From: Octopus sinensis | Taxonomy: Eukaryota | Length of the DNA stretch: 64,000 nt | Direction: 5' to 3' | NCBI RefSeq assembly: GCF_006345805.1 | Contig: NC_042997.1 | Coordinates: 149,296,001-149,360,000 of the forward strand | Shown: positions 41,331 through 55,588 of the stretch, piece after piece | How positions within the stretch are numbered: position 1 is the stretch's first letter | Layout: every line of letters begins with the position of its first letter | The notes under the pieces: model-generated | What the model was told of the DNA's origin: nothing | Seen by the model: the letters and a program-made list of their open reading frames with translations, nothing else | Databases searched by the model: none | Made by a program: the position numbers and the translations under genes

Positions 41331-44300
41331 TTTTCAACGTGGAGTAACTGGTTATTTTTGAGTCCTCGTCTACATGTTTTTGTTTTTAACTTTCTGTGCT
41401 TGAATGTTTGCAATTATTTGTTCTTTTACTTGCTTATAGTGATTAGAATATCAAATAATCTGGTTCCCAAATGACAAGGACAATACAGGCGAAAAGAAAA
41501 AAGATATTTAGATTTATAAAATTTAATTTGTTCAAGTCTTCAAATCTTCTTTGACTAAAATATGCTTTTATCGCATCATTTAGTTCTAATCTATATTTGA
41601 AATGTAGTCAGACAATATATCCCAAAGGGCTAATAGAACACGCGTGGATAGAGATGTTATTTTGGCAATAGTATTTTTAACTTTTCTTTCACCAAAATAA
41701 GTTTCAGTTTGTAAGTTAAATCGTTGAAGTGAAAAAGGCCCTTTATTTAGTGAGTTATATTTATCACACTCTTTTTATTTGTGTGTCTGTCTGTTTGTTA
41801 ATCGCCCAGTCTCTCTTTGCCTTTGTAATTTTAGCTCCCTTTCTCCACTTCACTTCTACACACATACACATACACACAAAAAAGTAATCACGCTCACGCA
41901 TACACACGCGTATATATATATATATATATATGCGCGTGTGTGTGTATGTATGCATATATACATACACTCACATACTCAGATATATAGATTGATAATGGAT
42001 ATGTACGTATGTGTAAACATATGAAAGTACGTATAAATGAAAGGCAAATAGGATAAGAGAAAATGAAAATTGTTCCCCCAGTGCCAATAAATTAGACCAT
42101 GTCAATTAATATATAAACTAAATTCTTGCTTTATTAAAATAATATCAGCTTCTAGCGAAGTTGAACGAATATTTTGCTGATCATTGGAACCAAATCCTCA
42201 TGAGAATTCAACAATCTTCCTTATCTCACAAGCCATGAAATGAAGTACAAGATGATTTTCTGAATACAAGTCCATTTCTGTGGGCACGTATTTCTATCTC
42301 GGCATCTTCCTTTCTTATCTGCTGCAGACGAAAGACGAGCACAAACAAAGTAAACAGACTAGAATACATTTACTGCATTTGCATAAATGAAACGATAATA
42401 TGCCACGACTAATACAAATACGGAATCGAAATATATCCAGTAAGATATACCATATAAACGGGCAAATCCATGATAGAAATCTTTATGAGAAATATTCATA
42501 ACATATAGATAGAGTTATCCAAAAATCCAAACGGAGAAAATTAATGCCACAGACACTGTAATTTTCATCATTTGCTTGTACTGCTAGCAGTGAAGAAGCT
42601 CTACATATGAGCTAAGTAGTGGTTTAAAGAACACCTTGACGAAAGACTGAAAGTTTTCATACCTGATGGCCTAATTCAGAAGATTTATAACAGTACAATA
42701 TATTGGCATAGAAAACGAATGAAGTAATTTTCAGCTAAGAATCATTTAAAGGAGATCCCATATGGATAAATGGGATTTCTCTTGAATTGCACAGAATAAA
42801 TGACAGTTTGTGTCTTATTTTCATGACCCGAAATGGATTGACTTGATGGATAGGCGTGGCGGGCCTTACGCTTTTTCATATGCTTGTATGCGGACCAGCA
42901 GGCTGTAACTGCAATGAATATACTTTAGTTCATTGTTACTTGTGAAGTGCATTGCAGATATGTTTTAAATGCAGATTTCGCGAGAAATAACATTTCCTTA
43001 GAGAGCATTAATATGTGTTTAATAGAACTAGTAAGATAGATAGCAAATGAAAATAAAATGAGAGTGAGAGAGTGAGAGAGTGAGAAGGGAGTAGAGAGTA
43101 AGATAGACGGAAGAGATAGAAAGGGGAGAAATAGAATGAGTGAGCGGTGACATAAGCAGAAACATTAATGGAAACAGCTCATACGAAGAATGTTATCGCA
43201 CTTGCTCCGCCAGCAGATCTCAGAAGCCTTGAAAATCTGCACTCACCACTCAATTTCAAAAGTTGTCGATTATGTAACACCCTTCTTCCATCCCAGTGGT
43301 ACTCCATTGTCTTCTGCAAAGAGGGGGAAATTAACAGTTAGCTATCATGATACAATACCGTAGCTTCAATAAAAGGCATGGTAAGAGATAATGTAAAAAG
43401 AAAGGGATAGAAGATGCTCGTTTGGAATGTAGTGATTTTTCACATTGGCGAGAAACACCGATGTTCCTGTAACTAATAAGATAAATCGAACTAAATAATG
43501 AAGTTGAGCTTCTTAAAGTAGAGTCAGGTTCAAAAGATATTCCAAATTTAGTGCATTTGTAAAGTTTATTCTTTTTGATATAATATAAAATCTGCCTGCC
43601 CAGAGGAAAAACACTGTGTCATGTCACATTAAATCCCAAAAGTTTATACAGCTATCGTTTGGTCAAGTTTTGGGTTAGCAAATCTGATTTTGTGGAATAG
43701 AAGTATAGCAGAGACTCATTAAAAACTAAATTACTTATTTGATGAACTAATATTCAACTAATCAAGACAAAATCTTTCTTCTCAGTCTGTAAGTTCCAGG
43801 CACCATCCAATAAAGCGAAATGGTGGGATACCATCGTCATAGGGGCTCTGACGCAATGAAGCTTCAGCAGTAGTTGGTAGATTGAATAGGAGAAGAATCA
43901 GTTAAAATAGTTTAGAAGGCATTTGATATCAGATCTTGTGTTTCCATTATCAAAAAAAAAAGACACGATGAGGGAAAATAATGCAGATGAGCCTTATGTG
44001 GACGGCCAACCTGCAATATTAGCAACCGAACATCAGTCGAATTATTTGTTGCTATATTTTAATGTAACCACATATAACTTAATAGATATCTGGTTGTCCT
44101 CGAATGAAACATGGATAACGTTAATAATGAATTCTTCTGTAAAATTCGAAGTAGTTATGGTTGCATCAAGAACATAAATCGTGAGAACATACCATAGTGA
44201 AAGCCCTTACGGAGTTGATGAAAATGCTAGAAATATCATCCAAAAACGTCGCGTATAGCATCGTAAGATTTGAAGTCTTAGATAGCTATGAATTGCTGGG

Positions 44301-44870
44301 CAGGGAATGTTTCTGAGAAGAGATTTTCTTCGCGATGTCTAATCTGATCTTGCCACAAAAGGCACAGCAGCTACTCTCATGGCGAGTAAACAGGAGTAGC
44401 TTGATCTAGTGAAAATAACAACAATATTCTCTGGTAGGCACGGTAACGAAGACCTAGGTATATAAAATTCGACGACCTTGTCCAGAATATGCTTGAGCAT
44501 TGGTTTACAACAGCAGAACAGGTGAAAATTAACGAAAAATACTCTAGGCGACCATCGCAAGATTTCCATAAATTTAATCAAATGACATACATTGAATAAA
44601 ATGGGTATTTATACTAATGATGTTTAAATGAAAATGAACACCCAATTAATATTGTAACGTCTTTGGTAATGATTATTTGATGATTATTTGATTATTACAG
44701 ACTGAGTTTTCAAAATTACCTTCTCCTTTGATATATGGGCTTGCACCACAGTGGGGAGTTTTCATCAGTAATATAGTTATTCTAATACAGATATATATCT
44801 GTACTATAATGGTTTCAAATTTTAACGCAAGAGCAGCAATTGGGGGTGGGGAGAAGTGAGTGTATGACAT

Positions 44871-45023
44871 CGACTCCAGTGTTCAACAGGTACATACATT
44901 ATTGACCTCGAAAGGTTAAAAGATAAAGTCGACCTCAGCGGAATTTGAACTCAAAGCGTAAAGACGAACAAAATGCTGCTAAGCATTCAATCCGGCGTGT
45001 TATCGGTTCTGCCACCTCGCCGC
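44871..45023 (-). mobile_element. SINE family 2, 5' half
   Basis: aaagtcgacctcagcggaatttgaactc...ttctgccacctcgccgcc (B-box gagttcaaattcc on the minus strand). Confidence 0.85.
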
Positions 45024-45107
45024 CTGTTTATCTGTACTATAATGCCAACATAGAGCAGACGTTGCCCTTTCACAGGAAAGCGAAAATACGATCTTTGCTT
45101 CCTCCTC

Positions 45108-45108
<1 letters not shown>

Positions 45109-45142
<34 letters not shown>

Positions 45143-45280
45143 CGTTGTTGTCGTTGTTGTTGTTATCTTTGCTGTTGCTGTTGCTGCTGCTGCTGCTGTT
45201 GTTGTTGTTGTTGTTGTTGTTGTTCTTCTTCTTCTTCTTCTCTTCTTCTTCTTCTTCTTCTTCTACCTCCTCTTCTTTTT
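45109..45280. repeat. Compound trinucleotide microsatellite (GTT/GCT/CTT)
   Basis: Directly visible. Confidence 0.95.
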
Positions 45281-46318
45281 CTTTAAAGTAGGCAACTGCT
45301 TAAATATATTTTGCATAAAAATTATAGTAATTACGATTGTGTTTAGAATATTATCGCAATGAAATATAATATGTTCCAATACTTTTCTAAAAGCCAGACT
45401 CATTCTAAAACCAATAACCAGAAGCTTCACGTAATCTCACTCTCTAATAACCCATCAGAAACACAATCACCGTCCTTCGACAAATATATGTAGATACGAA
45501 AACACACCAATAAACGTAATCACACACACACACACACACACACATACGATTAAATGTGTACAGTTTTAATAAACCTGTTTTGGCGAGTATATGTGTATGA
45601 ATAAATATGAGTGCTCCCTGCGAATGTGTCCAAATGTGGACAACTATAATTGTTTGAGCATGTCCGCAAATAGTTTTCGCATGATACTGCCATAACAATC
45701 TAAACTCTAGCTGTTTATCATCTATGTGTCTTTCGACGCGTCGTCAAGGAGTTATTTGTTGAAAATATGTATTAATAAAAATAGCTCCATCATCATAATT
45801 ATCATCATGATCTTCGTCATTATCATCATCATAATCTTTATCATTAAAACATTTATGAGTAAAACAAATACATTATCGCTAAAACCCGCTTAAAATGTTT
45901 CACACTCACAAACGTTTATAAAAACACTCTCATATGGAATTTCAGCTAAACAGTCTGTGCACCTTACCACCTTCCAATGTATATCCCTAATAGGTCTGGA
46001 CATTTTCAATTACATTAAGTATGATATAAAGAGACTCATGGGGATTCAGCAACTGACTTTGTATAACCATACTGAAATTCGTTAATACAGTGATAAAGAA
46101 AGTAACTACTAGTATGCGTAACACACGCACAGCATTACGGCAATCCACATTTACAAATCAAAGTTCATTACACAATCGTTTAGAATGTCAGACACGTCTA
46201 TCAAATGGCCTCCGTTTTTGTCAATGTTCTCTCTCACACTTTCTCTGTCTCAACCCTCTCTCTCTCTCTCTTGCTTGGTCTCTCTCATGCATATAGAAAC
46301 ATATAATCACATGCATAG

Positions 46319-46353
<35 letters not shown>

Positions 46354-46902
46354 TATAGTGAGAGATACATAACGTATAAGTGTGTGTATATATGTATGTG
46401 ATTATATGTTTGTATATGCATGAGAAAGACCATATATGTTTATATATATATGCATGTATGTATATATGATATAAATATATGTACATGCATGTATACGCAT
46501 AAATTTTGTATTATCAATTAATAATTATTGTTTTTTTGTTGTTCTTCTCGTCTTTAATAGTCACATTATCGAATTCCTTTGTCCACAGGACACCATTATT
46601 GATTTGGTAAATCATGTGTAATATGGAACCTGTTAAGCTATGTAGTTCTCAAGATGACATTGCTCTTGGTTCCATAGCGTTGATAGAAACTCAATAGATA
46701 TTGCTGCGGCATAAAGTGCAGTGGGTGTTTCTATGATTACTCCTCCATAAGCACATGGTTCAATGAACGGAGATAAAAGCAATTATATCAGAACAACTGG
46801 GACAACGACCAGAACAGAATATTTTCTCTTTTTTTATATTTGACTTGATGAATTGTGCATGTATATTTCTTGTCCGCTAATATATATATATATATATATA
46901 TA

Positions 46903-46951
<49 letters not shown>

Positions 46952-46953
46952 TA

Positions 46954-46995
<42 letters not shown>

Positions 46996-48596
46996 CTTAT
47001 GTGTGTTTGAATGTCAAATCTCTTTGTTGTTAATATACAAATATCTACCTATGTATACGTATACATATACATAAGCGTAAATGAGTGGACACACACATAC
47101 ATAAACACACGCACAAATGCATATGTCTGTAAGAAAGCATACACGTGTGTGTGTTTTGTGAGTGGGTGTATATAGACATGATATGTGTAAAAGGAGAAAG
47201 GGAGGTAGGGAGAGAAAGAATAATACCTAGATGTATATATGAATATTTATTTGTATCTATTTTTCTATGTGTATTCTTTAGGATGTTTTCTTTGAGATTT
47301 TAGTCAACAAGGATTGATAAGAGGTAGCATCATGACACACACCGAAACAGAAATATACATAGTCACATCAAATAATTGGACATAAAAAGTGCTTCTATTA
47401 AATGTTTCATATTTCGTGCGTTTTATTATCTGCCACTCACTTATCTATTCTATTGTCATCAATAAAGGAAATTGGGAAGCAACTGGTAACTTTTATTTGA
47501 CACTCATTCAAATTCTTCACAACCTAAATATATGCAGATGAAAGCCACTAAAATTTATTTATGATCAGTTAGCTTTTTTATCCATTTTGCTAACAAAACG
47601 ACTGTATAGTTATATCAATGGATTTGCATGGTGGCCTTTATTTATCCATTCCACAGTTTTGGAAACATAACAACGTACAGATTTTAAGTTTGATGTTGGA
47701 TTGCTATTATTTCAGGAAGAGATTTATATTTTTGAAATAACTGAAGATTTCTATATATTTCATTAGTATTAAAGTCTTTGATAATATCAAATATGAATGT
47801 TAACAAGTCCGTTTTCTATGAGTATGCGTACTATTTACATAAAAAAACGAGGCTATACTACTATTCAACGCCTCTCTGAACAGCTATAGCAGTCCTCAGG
47901 TCAAGGATATCGGCGAATATTTTCATACGTTGTAAGATTTCTTAAAATGTGTGGATGTTCCAGAGAGTATTACGATAATCTCTTCGAGATTGGTGTCTCC
48001 AAGATTACACTCACTGACTTAAGGGTAGATATACGCAGTACATGGACTCTCTCTGTTTCAGCAACAGGGAAAACATTTACAATATTTTCACGTTTTATGG
48101 AAGCACCGGTAACATATACGTTCTTTGTCTACATTAGAATAATGCACATACAGCAACAGCGCAATATAATATTTCACAAGATTAGTGAACTACCATACTA
48201 CTTCCATAAACGCTGCTCACTAATGTTAAGCACAGGTTTTTAATGCGAAATATAATTTGGTTTATCCCTACGACAAAGAAACTTTCCAATCACAAGCACT
48301 TGCCAAGTTAAACGTTGTAACAAATGAAGCGAAGCCAGTAATGAAAAGAAATTTTATCTACCCAGACCAGTCAACAATATATCTCACAAGCATTCAGTAC
48401 TGAAGAGTTTGAACTATCTTACGAAGTTTTGTTTCGCTGCACACTTTATAATGAGAAACCGATTCAATTTATTAATACTTATTTGAACATTACATAGAGA
48501 TTCAGAGGCATATATAAACACACACAGACACACATATATATTTGTATATGTTAATGTGTGTATGTGTATAAATGTGTGTCTGTGTGTATATATGTT

Positions 48597-48642
<46 letters not shown>

Positions 48643-49700
48643 TATATATTAGTATAAGGCAAATTTAGAATCAATAAGATACATAATACCATTTACTAAA
48701 ACCAGAGCCAAGGCTCCAAACAACCACAGACACCCAATAAAGATACACATGAACAATGCAATGTACATATTAGAAGTAGGCTTAACTTTGTAGTGAATAC
48801 ATCAGTACGTGACGTATATTTCAATACGAATTGATTTTACCTTCTGTATGATCAACATAATCTGGAATCTTCAGTTGAAAATAACATTTAAACAGCTATT
48901 TCTAAAATGTTCACTACATTAACACGTGTGCTTTCCTTACTTTAAACATCAAAATGGGAATATGCAAGCTAGACTAAGTGCATCGAAAAGGAGGGAGACT
49001 ATATACAAAAATGACGTACTTGTTTATCCCCTGCTGTTTTGTAGATACAGTGAAAAAGAAGAGTGCGTATACTTTTTGACTCTCCCTCATATATATACAT
49101 AAGAGTTTGTGTTCATATATATATCTATATATATAGATATATGTGTGTGTGTGTATGTACATATGTGTATGTATAGTATTGACTGTCAGGAGAATAATCG
49201 TGCAATACGATAAAACAGATTAATAACATTTTAATTTTAGTGGAATCCATCTATTCACAGTGTCATCAAGCGAGACATAAGTTGCCAGATGTCCATGTAA
49301 ATACGCATGCAGAATACCAGAGTAGCTGGGTAGCATTATACTGACTGCAGCTAAACAAAACTATGCAAATATACATGACTATGTTAGTACACGTGTGTGT
49401 ATATATACGCGTGTCTCTGAGCGAATGCATTAATGTAAAATTATCTGTTATATACGGATGAATTGATTACCCGAGAATGAACAATAATTTAAATGCTCGT
49501 GCAAAAGAGTATATGACATAGGCTACTTCAACCGCATTCATTCTGAATATTCTGAAAGATGACAATATATATTTACTTCACAAAAAACATATATCACTAT
49601 ACTAGAATAGTTTATAAGCTTGGCATAATGAAGAATTAATCGCACAAACATACAGCTCTGAGCACACATATATCTGCATATATATATTTATATATCTATC

Positions 49701-49732
<32 letters not shown>

Positions 49733-49825
49733 AATATATATATATTTAAATATATAGATGTATGTATATATATAGACGCAAATATATATATATGTATGTA
49801 TGTAGGTAGGTATACATATGTATTG

Positions 49826-49859
<34 letters not shown>

Positions 49860-52405
49860 TATATATATATATGTACGTATGTATGGAAATATGTATATGT
49901 GTATACGCATATAGATTGTTGTGCATCCTGAGGTTTTAGTCTCTGTGTGTTCATATATGTTCGTATATATATATACATACATACATGCATGCATATATAT
50001 ACATATTAATACACATACACACAGATATATATATGTATATATATGTATATATATATATGTATATGTATATATATATGTGTATATATATATGTATATATAT
50101 ATGTGTATATATATATGTATATATATATATGTGTGTACATATGCATATATAGAGGCCTCTATACATATGCATAAATAAATATGAATATATGAATGCACAT
50201 ACACATAGTTACATATGCACACTCACACTTATATAAATGCATATGTATATGTATACGCGTCAACTTAGGGAAATGTATTTAAATTTAGTCGGATAACATT
50301 ATTGCTTATAGAATACTGTCTCCGATTCTATTTTGAATCTAAGTTTTTTTCAGTATTTTTGCTTTAAATTTGACACACAATTTCTATTTTATTTTAAAAT
50401 TCTACAACGTTCGTCTTTTCCAAATGAAGCACTGTTTTTGTTTCTTTGTTTTATTCTCTTCTATTACATTTTGCATTTCCATATGAGTAACCATAACTAT
50501 GATTTCTGCAAACGAAGAAAACAGTAGATGACGCATGTATTTCGCGATTGTGAGTTCTAAGGAGCCTTCAGAATAAAATGTACTTGAAATAAAAATTATT
50601 TGCTCGTTTCTATGATGCAGTAACGTTAGCTTAAACCTTTTCATTTGTAAATCGTTTTTGCTTTTTGTCAGTCATATATAGTCAAATGTACGTTGAAGTA
50701 TTTTCGAATTTTGGCCACTTGGTGTCTTTTGTGAATCAGTGATTTCATTTCCGGATCTGACCCTCATTATTTAAACCTGGTTGGGTGAGATATTTGGACG
50801 ATTTACCCTATATCCCCAGTAGTTTAGCAAATGATTAGGGGATATCTCAGTAACTCTATTTTAATTTCTTTTTCACATTACATAGGAACTACACAATTTA
50901 TTTTCACTGCATTCTTACATTTATAAAGAATTAGAGAAGTACCGTATTTTAAAGGTTAGTATGTAGTTAACGCTTATTCTATGTCACGAACAATCAATTT
51001 CACCTCATGGATATTGGCTTGAGACTATATATTCTAAATGTTAATTTCATGACTTATTGTTATCATGTCATTTCTTACATGCTTAGATAAATTCTACGGG
51101 GTGTTTGCCTTTTAATAATCAACATATTGCAAAATTCGTAAATAAGTAACTCGTCCTATTTTATGAGCTCGTGTATGAAACACAATTCCAGGGCGAGTAA
51201 ACTATGAGTGTATATAAATTTCCGATCTCAAATCCACTCATAGTTGAATATGCTTTCGCTTATTTCAATTTGTAAAAGTATATGCTAATAGTTTCATCTC
51301 AATTCATTATCTCCAACTTCTTGTAAATATATGACGTTGTCAAATATGTTTAATTATTACTATATGGCAATATATATGTTCCAGTTTGATTCCGCCTGAC
51401 TCCTATAATGCTTCCTCAGCGATGTCTCATCTTCTCATTTGCTAAGTTGTACATAACCACAGACAATATCAATATATTATCAACATCTCTGCATTTAATT
51501 TTTTCGACGTCTTACAACTAAGAAACTGACTGCATGTTTTCACAAAATCTTTACTTCTGAGAAATGCAATCACCTGCAAATTTATTATTATTATTTTACA
51601 TATGCTTACCTACAGTTATTCAAACTGAGCATCTCTCTCGACGGTTTCACCAGTGTTAGAAGGTCTATAAGTATATTGGCATTGTTTCAACGAACGCATA
51701 ATCAATTCGAGCAAAAATATGCATCATAAGGTATTGTTGACACACAAATAATAGGGGTCTGATATTTTGTATCTTAAAATAGGGGATTGGAAAAATATGC
51801 CTTGCACTAAATATTTGTTTCTAGGAGACGCAAGGCCTGAAATTTAAAATATGGGATTAGGGGATTAAATCGATCCTAGTACTTGACTTGTATCCAACCT
51901 AGAGAAATGAATAGCAAAGTTGCCCTCAGACGTATTCGAACTCAGTATGTGAAGTACTGTAACAAATACCCTGTTACAGTTTGACCAACATGCAAATAAT
52001 AGAACTAATTCATAATCCTTACTATTATACTAAATACTAATCTCAAATATTGGTATATCCTTTGCGTTTAAGGATGCAATCGATTTAATCAGTTCCACGA
52101 CCGAACATATTACTCCTTGCAGGGTGAAAAATTATATCAGCCCCACCCGACCAAATATGAAGTGGAAATCGTTATGCATTTAACCAGCCATTTTGAGCGG
52201 AAATGTATAAAGAAATTCTTCCATCCAGTACATGACTGAAACTCGTTTTCCGATTCACGAAGAATATCTGAAAAATCCCAAAACGACGGGATTTGTATTC
52301 ACAAATGAATGCTAAGTAATGAAATATTTAATCCAATTCTGTTCAGTTTCTGTATTTATGATTAATTGTATATTTCTTATTTTGTCAGTTTGCAAAAGAA
52401 ATATT

Positions 52406-52600
52406 TATTTCTTTATTGCCCACTGGGGGCTAAACATGGAGAGGACAAACAAGGACAGACAAAGGAACTAACTAAGTCGACCTCGAAAGGATGAAAGGAA
52501 AAGTTGTCCACAGCGGAAATTGAACTCAGAGCGTAATGGCAGACGAAATGCCGCTAAGCATTTCTTCCGGCGTGCTAACGATTCTGCCAGCTCGCCGCCC
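52406..52600 (-). mobile_element. SINE family 2, near full-length
   Basis: Minus strand begins ggcggcgagctggcagaatcgttagcacgccgg (A-box) ... ctgagttcaatttccgc (B-box) and ends gggcaataaagaaata. Confidence 0.9.
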
Positions 52601-53694
52601 TAGTGTACAGAAGAAATATTATCGATATCCTTCTGGATATCAACATTTTGTACATTATCTACCATGAGAAGGTGAATATTTAAATCTACGTCGATGAGTT
52701 GGAGCAATATTTTAATCATACTGAGTTACAAGTAACGTCTTGAGGAAGTAAAACTGATCTCCTAAGTACAGAACACTGAAACAAGGTAACGAGAGAAGCT
52801 CCTGTGAAAGATATGCAAAGCCTTTTAATATCGTGTGAGGATTACAAGTGCATATGAAGTATTTAGGGCAAACAATGCAGTGATAAATAATGTATCATAA
52901 GTCTTACAAACACATACGACGTTTTAAGGGTATCGCGAAAGACCAGGTTGGAGGCCCGAACTTCCGAGTTCTTTGACAGGACTTAGAAAACTGAAGGAAC
53001 CCTGTAATGTGTGAATCTCAGAGATGAATATGTTGAATAAAAGCATAATTTACCTGTCTTCTTGTATTTTATTTTACCGAAAACCAGGAATTGTTCAGCA
53101 CCCCTTGTATGTTTCTATGAGCTTGGTCTTCGGGATCCAAACATTTTCCTTATAACATATTTACATATTCGTTCTAACGTTACCAAAATTGAATGCAAAC
53201 GCAATCGCCGCGCAAGAGAGGCAAAGAAATTCTCAAGGTACTACACCTGATAGAAATAGCGCCCCAATGGCTTTTAATCCTATGTTAGCGACTTAAATAA
53301 GAATAGGATAATAGGGACAACATATCCTGTCTTATGAAGACATGAAACTTTGATCAAATGTTTTGTAAATAAGATATGATCTGGGTGTGCGTGTGTGCTA
53401 AACAGCAAGAGCTGTAACACAGAGTGTAGTCTATGTATCCGGAGCAGGTGTTATATCGCAATGCAGCACGAGATTGTAAGACACAGTTTTGCATGATAAA
53501 TGATATTTAGAATTAAAATACACAGACAATAATATTTTCGTTTGACCATTTCTCAGGAATGTTACTCGTGCGTAAACACTGAATGAAATTAATTTTATTA
53601 CATGTTACACTGAATTTGTCATATACATACGGAGAATAAATAAGTTTATTCTGGCTCCCACCAAGATACTACTAACATTTTATCTAAGAGTATT

Positions 53695-53764
<70 letters not shown>

Positions 53765-53766
<2 letters not shown>

Positions 53767-54210
53767 CAGTTCATAGATAAGGGCAAACGAAAAAATTTCT
53801 GATGCCAAATATGCCGAAACATTGGAAATATTGTCCATTAACCATATAATATTTTCGCAATACGCACGCTACTCGAAAAAATGTCAACAGAAATTAATAA
53901 AGAAATCCATTATTACCATATCGGACCGATTTCAGGGTTAGCTCATAACAGCCCTCCCTTCGTCAGTGATACATGTGGCAAAAGAAATAAATGAGATACT
54001 TACTCATACCCATGGAAGAAGCAAACACTAAGTCATAAGCACAATTAAGTACCCCAAATACATCCAAAATAGAAATACTCCAGCCCATTCAAGACACGTG
54101 CGATTTGAACTGAGGCCCTCACAGAATGAGAGAGTCCGGAAGTGAACGCTTAAATTTATATCTAATGTAGGATAAAATTTTTTTCGAAAAAAATTTTATC
54201 CTACATTAGA
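53765..54210 (-). mobile_element. Retrozyme-like single insert C between two (TA)n tracts, with one hammerhead and a terminal perfect palindrome
   Basis: 446 bp of unique sequence flanked by (TA)n at ~53694-53764 and 54211-54295; hammerhead at 53916-53973; palindrome at 54157-54214. Confidence 0.72.
53916..53973 (-). ncRNA. Type I hammerhead ribozyme, slightly mutated; predicted cleavage 53924/53923
   Basis: Minus strand tgtatca-CTGACGA-AGGG..CCCT-GAAA-TCG-GTC-cgatatg; stem I has six pairs after an A.C first pair; helix III ATCGGT is one change from palindromic ACCGGT. Confidence 0.8.
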
Positions 54211-54227
54211 TATATATATATATATAT

Positions 54228-54289
<62 letters not shown>

Positions 54290-55319
54290 TATATATTTAT
54301 TTATGTATTTATATATGTATGCGTAATTATTTTTTGTGTTTGTTAACGTTTAAAGAACATTAGAGTACGATGATTTCAGGGAGATTTCAAACAGATCGAA
54401 CGAGCACATAGAGGAAGACTAATATAGCTTGTACAAAATTATATTAACATATTAAAAGTATCCCTATTTATGAAAACATGAAATGCATGTTCAATTTATT
54501 CCTAATTTCTGAAGAGTGACAATGGATTGTAATATTTGCAGGACACTTATTTACGAAGATTGATCAACCATTATGTGCAATAAAATCGATGACTGGTGCC
54601 GTCTACATTAAATGCAGAACTATATTGAATGTGAAGACTAGGGCTGTGGTTTTAACGCTGGAAAACTAAGGTGAAAGAAAATAACTTCAGACTAAATGCA
54701 GCGATTAGAATTTCTATGTTTTGAGCTAAGGCTCACTCCCAGACAGCTTCTTAGAGGTTTCTATATTTATTTTAACTATGATTACTTCTAGCCGTTATAA
54801 ATCCACGTATATTTCCTTTAAGTCGGATTCAGCCTTCATTATATCGAAGACTGAATAATACACATAACATCAACTTCTATAAATAAAATTAAGAACATAT
54901 TTTATCGAAACTGCCTCAGTAACGTTTATGGATATATTTATTTTTTCAGTTACTTAGAGTAGAAAACTTTGTTTTCTGGACATAGTCTCTGCATACTCAA
55001 CACCCGGGGGATAAAAATTTTGGTAGATCATAAATATTGTCCCAAGGGCTAAGTGATGCAAAGAAACCGAGTGATAGATTAAGTTTCCCACTCGAAGCAA
55101 TCATAAACTGTTTCTAGATAACTGGAAAACCAATGTATTTTGGAGAAATTTCAAAATTTGAAGTGAAAAAAAATGTAACATCGTAAACCCCAAACAAATA
55201 AAATATTTGCTCCGTAACTCTGTTGTTTTTGCTAATTCAACCATTTTCCATTAATGGTAGTATTGAAATTGCTTGCTGATCTTGCAAATTATGTTTGAGA
55301 GCATAAATGAAAATAGAGA

Positions 55320-55320
55320 C

Positions 55321-55380
<60 letters not shown>

Positions 55381-55488
55381 CATTATTATTATTATTATTG
55401 TTATTACTGTTGTTGTTGTTATAATGAATGTAGTTCTTTTAGTGTCTTTGTTGTTGCTGATATTGTTCTAGCCTAATTGTTGTTGTTG

Positions 55489-55561
<73 letters not shown>

Positions 55562-55588
55562 CATTATTATTAATACTATTATTATTAT
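55320..55588. repeat. (TAT)n/(TGT)n microsatellites
   Basis: Directly visible. Confidence 0.95.

Noticed and set aside
43940-44600. Complex-looking stretch that might be a decayed coding sequence
   Set aside because: The frame read by hand has many stops, track ORFs here are short, and no motif could be assigned
53799-53836. CTGATGCC...GCCGAAAC motif on the plus strand of insert C
   Set aside because: Lacks A9, stem II cannot pair and there is no helix I
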